Assembly (NCBI RefSeq): GCF_006345805.1
Contig: NC_043009.1
Coordinates: 6,200,001 to 6,264,000 of the forward strand
Length of the DNA: 64,000 bases
From: Octopus sinensis
Taxonomy: Eukaryota
Reading direction: 5' to 3'
The notes under the pieces are model-generated. The model was not told the origin of the DNA. It worked only from the letters and a program-made list of their open reading frames with translations, and searched no databases. This document shows, one piece after another, positions 13,735 through 26,077 of this stretch. Within the stretch, counting starts at the first letter, position 1. Each line of letters opens with the position of its first letter. The translations under genes and the position numbers were made by a program.

Positions 13735-14160
13735 CTGCAATTGCTTTCAAGTTTGGTATGTCTCACTGGGTTGACCACCGAAGAAATGGCTTTAAATTTC
13801 GTGACAAGGCCAGTAATTCTGAGTAGAGAATTTTATTACATTGACTGCAGTGCACAAGTGGTAATTATCATATCAAGCCAGAAGAAAGCCATCTAAGCAT
13901 TTGTCCGATGCGCTGTCGATACCGCCAACTCACCATTTAAAACCATTTGATAACTACTAATTTCTTCTTTAGGCATAAAGCCTGAAACGTTCAGGTAGGG
14001 GAATTTCGATTACATCGAACGCAGTACTGGACTGGTTATTGTTTCAACCAAGAAAAAAGGATAGGTAAAGCTGATCTCGGTGGAATTTGAACTCAGGAAG
14101 AAGTAGGGTGAAATGCCCCAAAACATTTTGTCCGACATGCTAACGATACTGGCAGCTCGG
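13735..14160 (-). mobile_element. Two adjacent degenerate SINE family B copies (about 13735-13925 and 13965-14160)
   Basis: Reverse-complement heads GGTGAGTTGGCGG...CGGACAAATGCTTAG and GAGCTGCCAGTATCGTTAGCATGTCGGACAAAATG...GAGTTCAAATTCC. Confidence 0.65.
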
Positions 14161-14479
14161 AATAAAGAATATCTACGTTAAAACGTTGAATATAAATTAT
14201 TAAAACCTACTTCGAATCACCCCTGGCCATTGGAAAAATTATATATATTATGTAGTTGTAGAGAGGCAAAATGCCGGATACATGTTCCGTTGCAGTTCTT
14301 CGACCAACGTTGAACGGATAATAATACTGTGTAACAAAATTTATTCTTATTTTTGTTGTTTTTGGTCAGTAAGTGTTATTTCATATTTGCTTCAATCTAG
14401 CAATCAAAGGAAATGACTACTATTCCCTTCAAAGTTTGCTTTTGTCACCTGGACGGCAATGTTTTGAAACTGACCTATT

Positions 14480-14650
14480 TTTCATTAGTTGCTGTGGGAG
14501 AAATATCGTTATAGCAAATATTCTTCTCAATACCACAGACTTACTTGTCTATAACCACTTGAACATGTCCCTTAGTGGTTGACAATATATGCATCTCAGA
14601 AGTAGTGGAGCATCGTAACCTGATATTGAGAGAGATCCGCTGGGATTTGA
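14480..14650 (-). repeat. Dispersed repeat fragment, same family as 18990-19256
   Basis: Shares GATGCTCC(CC)ACTACTTCTG and TCTGTGGTATT..G.AGAATATTTG with the 19040-19130 segment. Confidence 0.6.
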
Positions 14651-15212
14651 ATAAATCTGAAACTAAGTTTGAAAGAAATATTGGCCATTTTTCATACTAA
14701 ACATATAGAAAATAACGATGTCAGCGACATCAATGACATTTTAACGCTGAATCCACACCGCCATAAATATCCCTTACTATAATTTTCATTGTAAACAGTG
14801 CTGCTTACGTACTATTATCGCTATTTTAACTAACAAATTTGCAAGACAAACAGAAAGTATATTATATTTTCATCACAAATATCGACAAAGAAAACGAAGC
14901 GTGCTTGTTGTATCGCCTAGAAACAACAGCCCAAAATTTTGCACATATGTATGGTTTGCAAAAGGACAGTTTAGACAATGTAGTAATGGATGCATAAAAT
15001 GAGATAGTTATCGCTGGAATATATTTTATTATGGGCCTGATCGTACATATCTGACCTGGAGTTAAACACAACAGCAACAGTTCCACCGATTTTATCGTAA
15101 ACATGATTACCACACATACAGAGTCTCCACGGAGTTTAATCAAGCATCGGAATCAATAACATCTGTGTAATGAATGTATATCCACCGTAAAATTATTGAT
15201 ACCTCCAATATG

Positions 15213-15246
<34 letters not shown>

Positions 15247-17262
15247 CTTGTGTATGTATATATATATAATAATGTATGTAAGTATATATATATATGTATA
15301 TATGAATATATATATGTATATATAACACACACACATATATATATACTTAAATATATGTGTGTGTGTGCACGCGCTTATTCGGTGTAGATTATAATATCCA
15401 GAAATATTGTGGCCCTTCAGATATTGCGTTAGTCATATAGATTGTACAGATAGCTGCAAAACTGCTAATATCAATATTATCACCACGAACAACCACTATC
15501 AGAAATATAAAACACTACAGAACACACTATAATTGCGACCATGCAATATATAATTATCACTATTAACAACAGAAGCTAACACATAAATTCAAGATGGACG
15601 CTATCATTTTCACTGAACAATCGCATTATGCGACATATCAGTGCTTAAGATACATTCGTCTGAATCATTCTAGATCTTCAGAAATGATTAAACGAACTGG
15701 TGAAGCTTTCAATTATCTTTGGTAATTGAGTCGAAATGTTAAATCTAAACTTGCGGTGGATCAAACCCAGTTGTAAATTGGATATCTCGTTTCTAACACC
15801 TACGTCATCACTACCTCAACCCCTTTCACGTACAGCGACTATGGCATAATCCAACACTTACTGTGATACTGCTATATGTTTTCTCTCCAGCTGCACTATT
15901 TTACAAATGAAGCTCTCAGTGTGTGATGTGATGGATTTCGTGCGAGATAGCCTACGTCTTTATAGCGTATTGTGAGACTTGCAATGTTTCACTTGTATCA
16001 CTTTGAACAACTTCTTACACATTCACACATGTTACATCTGCATACATACATGCATACAATTCATACATACTCAGACACGCACACAGTCATATATACACAT
16101 ATACATGCACATATATTTAAACAAACACTTATATATATATATATATATTATATATATATATATATATACATATACACGCAAACAGACATATATACATGCA
16201 TATATATATATATATATATACATATACGAATATACATATATTTATTATATATATATACAGACACATACATATATATATATTACATAAGACACAAACTCAG
16301 GCATACACCTATATATATATATATATATACAAAGACACACACAAACACACATGCTTATACGCCGGCACGTGTAATGTATGTAGATGTATATGCGTGTATG
16401 TCTGTCTGTTTGCGTTCATGTGTGTAAAAGTGCTTGCGTATGCGTGTGTATGTGTGTGAATTTGTGTGTGAGAGCGTGCGTGTGTGTGCGTATGTGTGTG
16501 TTCGCGCGCATTTGTCACACCGTTTGTATTTGAGGATATTTCCTTGTGTGTCCGTGTCTGTGTGAAGTGTGCGAGTATATAAGGAATGGGGATAATCAGC
16601 GTTCGCTCGAAGCAAGAGAAGATAAAGGGAAGGGAATAGGAGATCAGTGACTCGATTGAAATTTAGTATTGATATTAGGAAAATAAATTAGGATAAATGA
16701 CAATGCGAAAATAATTTGCTGTGGGAAATCTAAAGAAGATTAAGCATGACAGGTTTAATGTCCCATGCAGTGCGTGCCGTGATTATGTTCCCTTTCGAAA
16801 TAATTATTTAGATATGATTGTAAGGGATTAATTTAGGTAAACCTTCGGCATACGGTGAATAAACAGATTGTTTCTGAATTACATATGTAGCTATCTGCAG
16901 CTTCACCTGTATGGAATTATTTCAGAAAATTTCTTGTGATGTAGAGTTCTCCTTCTTTCATTCCAAAGACTGTGAATGTATTTGCATAGTAAAATGAAGA
17001 TGAAAAATATGTATTTGGTTATGTTCGATGATGACGATGATGATGTTTGTGTGTGGGTGTGTGGTGTGACAATAGCTCTGAATAGTGGCAATAATGTTTT
17101 TTAATATCGAAAAACGTTTTCAGTGAGGTAACTATATTAATAACAAAAAAGGTTATCCTTCTTCAAGCATGGGAACGAGAAAACGCTATGCGATCATTAG
17201 CGAATCATAATTAACTGTTTCCTCCGTGTTTCCGTTTACTCAAAGCCAGGAACGTTTTAGCA

Positions 17263-17305
<43 letters not shown>

Positions 17306-17322
17306 GACAGCGAGTTGTATAA

Positions 17323-17707
17323 TCTCTCTCTATATAAACGGCAGTTTGTCTGTGCGTGTTTCTGTGTGTCTGTTTTCTCGTACCCTCACCCTGACCACGG
17401 CTTTCAACCGATTCTGATGAAACTTGACACACACATAGCCCAATGTCATAATTCAAAACTAACGCAGCGAAAATTTTGAAAAGTTCCCCAGTTCTGAAAA
17501 AAATCGATAAATTCGACATGGGGTTGAGAATCAAAAAAAACAAACCACAGACTGTCTAGGGGACGCAACTCAACCTTTTTTTACTCTCAAAAAAAATTTA
17601 CCATCATTTTTTTTCCATTTGTTTGCTATTTTTTGGCTATAACTCTCTAAAAAGGCTTTATAGTTATTTCCCTTACAAACCTGAGCAACGCCGGGCGATA
17701 CTGCTAG
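17323..17707 (+). mobile_element. Non-autonomous Helitron (~385 bp)
   Basis: 5' A|TC(TCTCTCTATATAAAC). 3' subterminal hairpin CCTG-AGCAACGC-CGGG about 11 nt before CTAG|T. Inserted between A and T with no TSD. Confidence 0.75.
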
Positions 17708-17725
17708 TCTGTACATAATCGATAT

Positions 17726-18041
17726 TGTTTTGTTGTTGTTTATTTGTTCCTTCTCGAGCCACGCCTGGGTCATAAGGGCTGGTTTCCCAGTTTCCTTGGC
17801 GCATAGGTTTCCCATCTGGACGGGATGTCGGTCCGTCGCAGTTGAGCTGCAAGATGCAGGAGGAAAGAGTGAGAGTAAGTTGTGGTGAAAGTTTCAGCAG
17901 AAGTTTGCCATCAGCTGCTATCGGAGCCGCGTGGAGCTTAGGTGTTTTGCTCATAAACACTCACATCGCCCGGTCTGAGATTCGAATACGCGATACTTGG
18001 ACCGCGAGTCCGCTGCTCTAACCACTTGGCCATGTGCCTCC
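17726..18041 (-). mobile_element. tRNA-derived SINE family C, near full length, (AAC)n-like tail
   Basis: Head GGAGGCACATGGCCAAGTGGTTAGAGCAGCGGACTCGCGG...ATTCGAATCTC has A- and B-box-like motifs. Tail AAATAAACAACAACAAAAC. Confidence 0.8.
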
Positions 18042-18289
18042 ATAATCTATATAAGAGGTCAGAATATTTATGACAGCTATGAACTGATTGGGAATAATAT
18101 AATTCTAAAAGTGACCACACACATTTATTGTCAACTTTAACTTTTAATTGCATCGATCATTGAACTGCCACCTTGATGGGGTAACGCCTTCAGATTTCAT
18201 TCAAAAATATAGACCCCAAGTTTAAGCTTGGTTCTAAGTCTCTTGGCCACATTTGACAAACTGTTAGGTCACAGAAAAGTAGACGAACT

Positions 18290-18500
18290 GAGACCAGTCG
18301 TCATGAGGAGTTGGGAGAGAAACACACATGTATATATACATACATGTATATAGATACAAACGACGGTATGTATACTAATTCCGCTCAAAAGGTATTGGTT
18401 GGCTTGGGTATATAATATAGAACACTTGACCAATTTGACGGATAGCGGAATTGAACCGGAACTCGCCTAATTGCAATGCGACCGTCTTAACCACACATCC
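18290..18500 (-). mobile_element. Highly degenerate SINE family A remnant
   Basis: AATTGAACCGGAAC...CTTAACCACACA resembles the reverse-complement head. Confidence 0.4.
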
Positions 18501-18795
18501 ATACATTTTAATTAAACTAATTAACACTGGTCTGATCCAGTCTTAAAAACATTAATTATTTTATATCTATAAAGAAAATATACACCCCTCACTGTAAGGT
18601 TGCGTTATATCAAAATCGAACTCCATCCTTTCTCTCTGGATACACATCACCCAAAGATAGACAAAGAAATTACCGATGTAATTTCTATGATCATATTATT
18701 GTGTTTGGTCGATAGTGTGTAGTTTACAATACTTCTGTTTTTGCTATAGCGGTCTTGGTTGTTATTTTTCATTTTTCTATATGTGTGTATATATA

Positions 18796-18820
18796 CAGGG
18801 TGCGATGGGTAAATTATCGC
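18796..18820 (+). mobile_element. Solitary TIR-like remnant of the maT-type family at 62238-63050
   Basis: TA-CAGGGTGCGATGGGTAAATTATC resembles CAGGGTGCGGTGAATAAATTGTC (62238) and the reverse complement of GACTATTTACCCATCACATG (63031). Confidence 0.45.
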
Positions 18821-18989
18821 GATTTGGCCGTTGTTCTGCGGTATTCCTTCTTTTGCTTCCTGTTGATGCTATTGCGCTACTTGGAGATCTCATATAGAGA
18901 TAAACAGCGTATGACCTTTCAGTTGGGGCCCAGCTCTAAAGATCCCTGAATAAGGGTTGTTTTGAGGATGATGAACAAAACACCTATGT

Positions 18990-19256
18990 TTCCAGAGGGG
19001 AATTAAATTATTGAAACTCCGAATAATTCCTTTCAACGCCTAGATATGATGCTCCCCCACTACTTCTGCTCGTATCGAGATGATCGTAATCAGTGATGAA
19101 TCAAATCTGTGGTATTAAGCAGAATATTTGTTGTAGCCCATCTTTTACACCAAGACAAAACAATGTATATGATAACACTTCCAATCAGTTAAGATCAAAA
19201 GTCTGAGAGCCACTGCCAGGTACTGCATCAAGGCATAAACACTGTCTGGTACTGCA
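18990..19256 (+). mobile_element. 3' end of a retroposed repeat ending in an (ATT)n tail
   Basis: Second copy at 14480-14650. Ends in a short duplicated ACTG..GGTACTGCAT followed by TATTATTATT. Confidence 0.5.
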
Positions 19257-20615
19257 TTATTATTATTATTTTCTTTATCTAAGATTTTGTTGGAGTTCCT
19301 GGGGACTTTCATGCGTAGCGGGCTTACAACCTGCAGCCTATGGTACCATGCTATTCGTTCTTTTCAGCTATCCAATACTTTCCTGATTATTCAGGCCGTG
19401 CCAAGGGGGCAAAACTTTTGTGACAGTTCTACTGGGCACTCTACACCGATTTCCTTTATATTCCTCTTGATGCCTTCTGATACTGTTCCCAACGACCCAA
19501 AAATAATTGGCACTATCTTCACTTTCTTCCTTTTCCATAGCCGGGCTATTTTGTACTTAAGAGTGTTGTATCTATCTAGCTTTTCGCCTTCCTTCTTGAC
19601 TATTCATGGAACAACGGGGCAACTATATAGCACATGCGTTGCACCTTGTCCACCACCACTAGGTCCGGTCTGCTATGCTCTAGCACATGATTTGTTTGGA
19701 TAGGGAAATCCCAGAGGAATTTGCAAGTCTCCTATTCTGCCCACCTCTGCGATCTGTGCTTATAATACGTCTTAACTCTCTCTAGCCCTCTCTTCTTGCA
19801 CAGTTTCCAATGTAGCACTTTCGCTGTCTGGTCTTGTCACCACAACTTGTATTGGTTTGGAGCAACACAAGGGCTTTCGTTCGTGATATGGGTGATAGTT
19901 TCATCCACTCTATTGCAGATGTGTCGCAGCAGAGACACTTCCTCATTCGTAAGGGTGACACTCCAGTTCGTGGCCGAAGCTGCTAGTTTAGTGCTTTCGG
20001 TTTCTTTTTTTATGGTGCCTTCCATCAGCCAATCCCCCCTATTTTTTTCTGTTGTTGTTACAAGGAATTGATTATGTAGTCCCTTCTTGCGTAATTCTTC
20101 TTCATGTTCTTTCTGTTGTTCATCCTTTATTTTCCCTTTGTATTCTGCTTTCAATACTCCCTCGTTCCTAACTGTCACTTGCAAGGTTTCCAAACTTTGA
20201 GCTCGGTGTCTCATTAAGCTTTCGAGTTCGCAGTCTTTCACGCACAGTCTTCCAGACTTACCTGTCCCCTTCCGTCTGCTCTCTTCATGTAATGGGGATC
20301 AAAGTATGCACGTGGATGGTGGGCTCCATGCATCGTTGATTTCCTGTCCATTTCCTTCAACTCCTCCTTTTCCATTTCAGAATTCCAGTGCCATACCAAA
20401 CTACTGCGACTGCGCGCGAGTTTATTGCCGAAATTATGTTTCTAGCATTCAGCTTTGACGTTAATATTTTTCTCACTCGACGCAGGTATTCTCTTTTGGT
20501 GTTTTCCTTCACGTCGCGCTGTTTAATTCCATCTACTCCAAGTATTCGCAGTTCTTTATACCTAGATTGAGGTTAAATTGCTTTCATTATTTCACCACTT
20601 GGTATCCATATGCCT
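19257..20615 (-). mobile_element. R4/Dong-like non-LTR retrotransposon, 5'-truncated (RT thumb, Zn-knuckle, RLE), frameshifted
   Basis: KREYLRRVRKILTSKLNARNIISAINSRAVAVVWYG; KKETES..LAA; ICNRVDETITHIT (decayed CCHC); FLWDFPIQTNHVLEHSRPDLVVVDK...KYKIARLWK...VPIIFGSLG...IIRKVLDS* (stop 19364-19366). (AAT)n tail at ~19257-19270 and ATT-rich sequence at 20617-20640. Confidence 0.9.
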
Positions 20616-21778
20616 TCATTATCATTACGATTATTATTATCGGCGCTCCGCCTGGCAAGCCACGGTTGACGAATCGCACTAATCTTTTTTAACAAAACCA
20701 CGAATAACTGTTGAATCTACTTTTGAAATTTATACCATCGTGGAAAGTGAGTTGTTTTCTTTTGAATGGTGAGTTTCTTTTTTCGTGTGTTTTCTCCCAG
20801 TCTTGGTGTACATCTGGTTTACATTTTTTCTCTTATGAAAATTTTTGTTTTCTCCATCCGGTGAGGCTCGTATGTGAGCGAGGAGGAGAGAGTAATCAAC
20901 GCCATCAGAATGTAATGAAAGAAGGAGTGAGCGCAAAGCGCTATGTCGCCGCTTTGGTAAAGACATACCAGACATTTTCCAATAACAATGATTTTGGAAA
21001 TCAACTGGGAATGGAAAATTGCAACAATGAATTCATTGAAACCACTACCATCAACAACAGCAACAAAAATACTCCATTTCGAGTGGAACACAATGAAAAA
21101 TATTGAAGACAACAACAGCTGGAGCAGAGCGGCAGCAGCAGCAGCATTGGCGACATTAGCAGGAGTAGCAACAGCAGCAACAGCAGCAACAGTGATAGTA
21201 ACTTTGATATCAACGATAACAAAACATTTCAAGACAAACAGCTGAAAACGAAAATATTTTAACAGAAAAAATGAAGCCACGTCCTCCACAACAAGCAGGA
21301 AAGACAACAATTACAGCAACAACTACTACAAGAACAACAACAGCAATGACGTCAGCATCATTAGCGGTAACAACAAGAAATCCGACTCACCTTTCGCCAA
21401 ATGAACAGGGATGGGTGGAACATTTCTTTGACTGATTTTTGTAAATTTTCCGACAATGCCCCGCTAAAACTTCATCTTGTTCTACAATCAAGCGAAACTG
21501 GATCCCTAAAAGAACTGTAGTCTATCGTATTTCGTAATAAGAGCACCAGGAAGATCAAAGATCTGACTCGAGCACAGGCAGAAAAATGACTGGAAGGTGA
21601 CTGGAGTTAGAAGAGAAAGAGAGGGTTTGGAGCTCTCGCAGATGTACCATAGTGAAGTGGTAGCGAAAAGGAAGGCCTTGCACACTTGCTACTCAGAGGA
21701 ATATATTTTCATCCACCTTACCTACGGAGGTAAGGAAATAAAGCTACATTTTTGATTTTTTTCTCCAGCACTCCAGAA

Positions 21779-22806
21779 AATTAAAATGCCTTCAGATTTT
21801 ACAGAATAAAGCGAGCAAAATTCCCTGCTAGTATGATGATTTTTGAAATCCACTGGATAAATATGGTAAATATTCTAATTTTAAAATCCTCTCAAAAGGA
21901 AAATTGGTCGGTGGCCCGGGTGAGAGTGGAACTACTAGTGACAGCATAAACTTCCATTGAAATCTGACATCATTTACATGGATGGTGTGGAAACCATGCT
22001 AGCTGTTGAACGTAGAAAGGTAAAATGTTAAGCCTGTGTCTTTCAACTCTGAATTAAAGCAACCGAAACAACATCTGTTGACAACTCCACAACCCACATC
22101 AATGACACCACCATGATTAACTGAACAATCACTTCTACAGCGAAACTTCGGTAGCCGAAATGTTTGCTTTGTATTACACCCATCACCGTTCAGTCATTTT
22201 GGCGAAAGATGTGTTGGACCTCGTGTGGCTGTCACAGATGTTGTTATCGCCTACATTTTTTCCTGTTGCAATTGTTGTTGTTTCCCAATTTCCCTGCTCC
22301 CTAAACCAACACCAACAACAGCTCAAATACTTCTTCAAATACCGATTCCTTAGGAAAGAATTTGCTGGAGATATATCAAACATTCCCGAAAGGACCAAAG
22401 AAATGAACGAGGAGGGTACAGAATCACACTCCAAGAAAAACACTACAAATACAAAATTCCATAATTACAGCTCACTTCACAACCAATCTAAGAAACCCAA
22501 CGTCAACAACAGCAGCAACAAGAAAACATACATAATTTACCACAGCCAAAACTAAAACTGCGTTCACGAAGCAACTTAAACTGTACACGAAATGTATCCA
22601 GAAACTTCACTATTGTGAACAAAAGGGAGTTGATGGATTAACTAATTGCAAATAAAATTTAATTCGTGACAGAAGGGAAGAAATTTGAGAATTTCAGCCT
22701 CAAACCTCAAAAGAGAGATTGTTAATTAAAATGTCTTCAGATTTTACAGAATAAAGCGGCGAAAATTTCCTGTTAGTGTGATGATTTTTGAAATGCTATA
22801 GATAAT
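21779..22806 (+). repeat. Pair of ~83-bp direct repeats (21779-21861 and 22724-22806), 945 bp apart
   Basis: AATTAAAATGCCTTCAGATTTTACAGAATAAAGCG...TGATGATTTTTGAAAT occurs twice with few mismatches. Confidence 0.85.
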
Positions 22807-22914
22807 TTACTTTAAGAAATGCAGGTTAAAAAACATATTCGGCGGAACGAGGTCAAGAATATTCGGGCTTCTTGAAAACTGAGATGAGGGATCTCCCATC
22901 TTTTTCTCCTACAA

Positions 22915-23135
22915 GCATGCCTGCACTGAACCTGGGATATGGGAATGAGCGTTGCCTGAGACCAGCTTGGAAGCTAGGTCGTTTTCTCAACGTTCTCTTG
23001 TCACTCCATTTATGTGTGTCTGACATTACCGAGACAAGAAATTCCAGAAAACATGTTCTAGAATCCGTTTTCGAAGACCAAAAGACATTACGTTACTGGC
23101 AAGGAGAGTTAATGAATGCCTACATACCCACCGTT
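22915..23135 (+). mobile_element. Possible decayed RTE-type AP endonuclease N-terminus
   Basis: PALNLGYGNERCLR..WKLGRFLNV...DITETR...RYWQG...NAYIPT loosely follows the order LxxGTWNVRTL / ETR / FFWQG / SAYAPT, with deletions. Confidence 0.35.
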
Positions 23136-23499
23136 ATTATTTATCGACTGATTGTCGAGCAATTCTCTGGTTACTACTAGATCAGATTTGAATGCCTGTT
23201 AATTATTTTCGTGTGAAAAAGACGGGTTTCACTGGTCAGGTGTTTAATCTTCTGCCAGCATCCTCTCTGTGGCAGCTTAGGTATGCCATACCAGATGTGA
23301 CACTCATGTTCCGCCACTTGCAACGATTTCTAGACAGCGAATGTGCGTGGTCTCTGTTCGTGAAACACATCTCTTCCTCAGGTTCAAAGAAAGAAAGAGA
23401 CTGGACTCCTGGCAGTTACAGTGCCCTCAGGTGCTTCTATCAGTGTCTCTATCAGTCAATCAATGGAATCAGTATTTTGTTCCCCTTTAGCAATATAAA

Positions 23500-23910
23500 G
23501 AGGATTAGCGCCAGAAAGAGTGACGACTTTACGGTGTTTATTTTATCATCTTTAAGTATATCTGGTTCTGTGCATCTGTTACCTATTTCATCTGCATTGT
23601 TACTGCTTTCATTTAGTGTACGATGAGGATATGTGTGTCCTAATGTGGCTAGTTTCAGCGTCAGAAAACCTTTTATTCTTAATGATGTCTCTACGTACAT
23701 TACTTAATTTATTTGCATCTATGTATTTGCATATTTCATTACCTACTACGTTTCTCCATGAAATGAGATTGCTTGTATAGCAAGCTTTCAACATATCTCT
23801 CTAATCCTCTCCAATCCATTTTATTCGTTCTGCTTTAGTTGACGTTTTTGCTGAAGGTACTACTGGTCTAGGGTTTCGACTTCTTGCGTAGGTTGCATTG
23901 AGATATCGCG
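23500..23910 (-). mobile_element. R4/Dong-like N-terminal region fragment
   Basis: RIKWIGED*RDMLKACY...WRNVVGNEICKYIDANKLSNVRRDIIKNKRFSDAE resembles the N-terminal motif I recall from R4/Dong-type ORFs (YIDANKLANVRRDI). Confidence 0.55.
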
Positions 23911-24104
23911 CATTTAAGAAAACAACAACACTTTATATGACAAAATTCTTTCCGGTTTTTTAGTTCCTTTGCTTTAACAGAACCTTTCCCACAGTTGTAT
24001 TGCAAAGTTTTCCTCGCACCATCACACTGATGTTTTGGCATTGAGTTGGTTTTGTTGAACGAACTTCTTAGTGTACGTCCATTTATTTAGCCCTGAGCTA
24101 TCCA

Positions 24105-24362
24105 TCTTCTTCTTCTTCTTCTTCTTCTTCTTCTTCTTCTTCTTCTTCTTCTTCTTCTTCTTCTTCTTCTTCTTCTTCTTCTTCTTCTTCTTCTTCTTCT
24201 TCTTCTTCTTCTTCTTCTTCTTCTTCTTCTTCTTCTTCTTCTTCTTCTTCTTCTTCTTCTTCTTCTTCTTCTTCTACTACTACTTACTTATTATCATCAT
24301 CATCATTGTTGTTGTTAGCCGAAGATGGAGCAGTAGCTGTAGTGGCAGTGGTGGTAGTAGTA

Positions 24363-24402
<40 letters not shown>

Positions 24403-25014
24403 TGTTGTTGTCGTCGTCGTTTTCGTTGTATCGCCATATTTGCATATACCTCTCCGCATCGTTTTATGGTTTGTTCAATCATTTATTTCAGTTTTTATTA
24501 CATCAGCACGTGTGTTTATACGGCAGTTTATTATCAAATTTTCATATCGTCGTTATTATTATTATTATTATATTATTATTATTATTATTATTATTATTGA
24601 AATTGCTGTTCAATTCTGTTTGTTTGAGATGTTCTTGTTCGCGTCGTATGTATGCCCCAGTGTACCTATGCACGAAAGGTGACTGTTTAATCTAATTAAT
24701 ATTTTTTTGTAAACTTAAACACAACAAAACAAATTAAACACTCTCATGATTATCATCGTCATCATCATCATCATCATCGTCATCGTCATCATCATCATCG
24801 TCATCGTCATCATCATCATCGTCATCGTCATCAACATCATCGTCGTCGCCATTCTTGTTTCTCTACTTATTTCTTTTGTGTTATCATTTTATCATCATAA
24901 TCTTCTGTTATCATCGTCACCTTCCTTATCCCTTACAACTATCCTTGTTTGTTATTATGAATTTTGTTGACCTTGATCAGTTTGATTTTTCATTTATTTA
25001 TAATTGTGTTATTA

Positions 25015-25057
<43 letters not shown>

Positions 25058-25140
25058 AACTGTCCTCTCATTCTGTCTCCTCTCTTCCTCATTATCATCT
25101 GAAACAACATCATTATCTACATTATCATTTTCATTATCAA
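24105..25140. repeat. Trinucleotide island: pure (TTC)~55, then CTA/TCA/GTT/AGT, (TTA)n and (TCA/TCG)n blocks
   Basis: Direct reading. Uninterrupted TTC about 24105-24274. Confidence 0.97.
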
Positions 25141-25867
25141 TATCATCCTGGTCTTATATCTTTTTTACCGCTTGTAATTATATTATCCCTTTTTTTTATA
25201 TTTATAGGTTACATTTTATTTCAGTTATTCAAGTAAAAATTCTTACTGATAATGGATTCTGATGGTGATGAAGATTATAAATGGGTGGGGGTGAAATTAA
25301 TTAGAAAAATCAAGCGCAAAATATGGAAGTAAAATTCATTAAAGTAAACCATTTGTACAACGTGTGTAAAAAATATATATATTAACTTGAAATAGAAAAC
25401 TAAAAAAAATTAATAATGTTAAAATAAATATAAGAAGAAGCAATGCAAAACCAGAGTACGTTTCAATATTGTATCCTAGCGTTTATTTGAAAAATTAGTC
25501 ATAATTAATAGATGTTAAATTTGAACATAAAAATTTCCTTTCTGCGTTAACTTTTGATCAACACCTTCGCTCAGCTATTTTTTTTTTTTAGATTGCAGTT
25601 AAGGAGCAACTGTGATAATTATGATAATAAGGTTGAGTCATCCGAAAACGAAATCCCTGTTATTTTATTAACATCCTGAAATGTATACATGTTTACAATA
25701 ACTTACTGTATCGAATGATAGTGTCATTCCGAAATTTGTGTAACCTCTAAAATTAGGATGATCATACTTTCATACATGCACCATACTTTAGTAATTAAGT
25801 AAAACTAACTTTTATTCTGCTTCCTTATTTTGATATCCATGATATATTTGTGAAATACAGACTATAT

Positions 25868-26033
25868 AGGCGCAGGAGTTGCTGTGTAGTAAGTAGCTTG
25901 CTAACCAACCACATGGTTCCGGGTTCAGTCCCACTGCGTGGCATCTTGAGCAAGTGTCTTCTGCAATAGCCCCGGGCCGACCAATGCCTTGTGAGTGGAT
26001 TTGGTAGACGGAAACTGAAAGAAGCCTGTCGTA

Positions 26034-26077
<44 letters not shown>

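Noticed and set aside
14541-14655. Minus-strand exon with GTAAGT donor
   Set aside because: The sequence is a copy of the dispersed repeat also found at 19040-19130.
17960-18041. tRNA gene (also at 25868-25935 and 52532-52600)
   Set aside because: A/B-box-like motifs are present, but there is no complete cloverleaf or acceptor stem and they continue into repeat bodies. These are SINE heads.
24071-24682. 203-aa poly-Phe/Val ORF, and similarly 36240-36896, 36548-37150, 42903-43502, 44789-45388 and 59444-60062
   Set aside because: Homopolymer runs derive from trinucleotide and tetranucleotide repeats and are open in several frames and on both strands.
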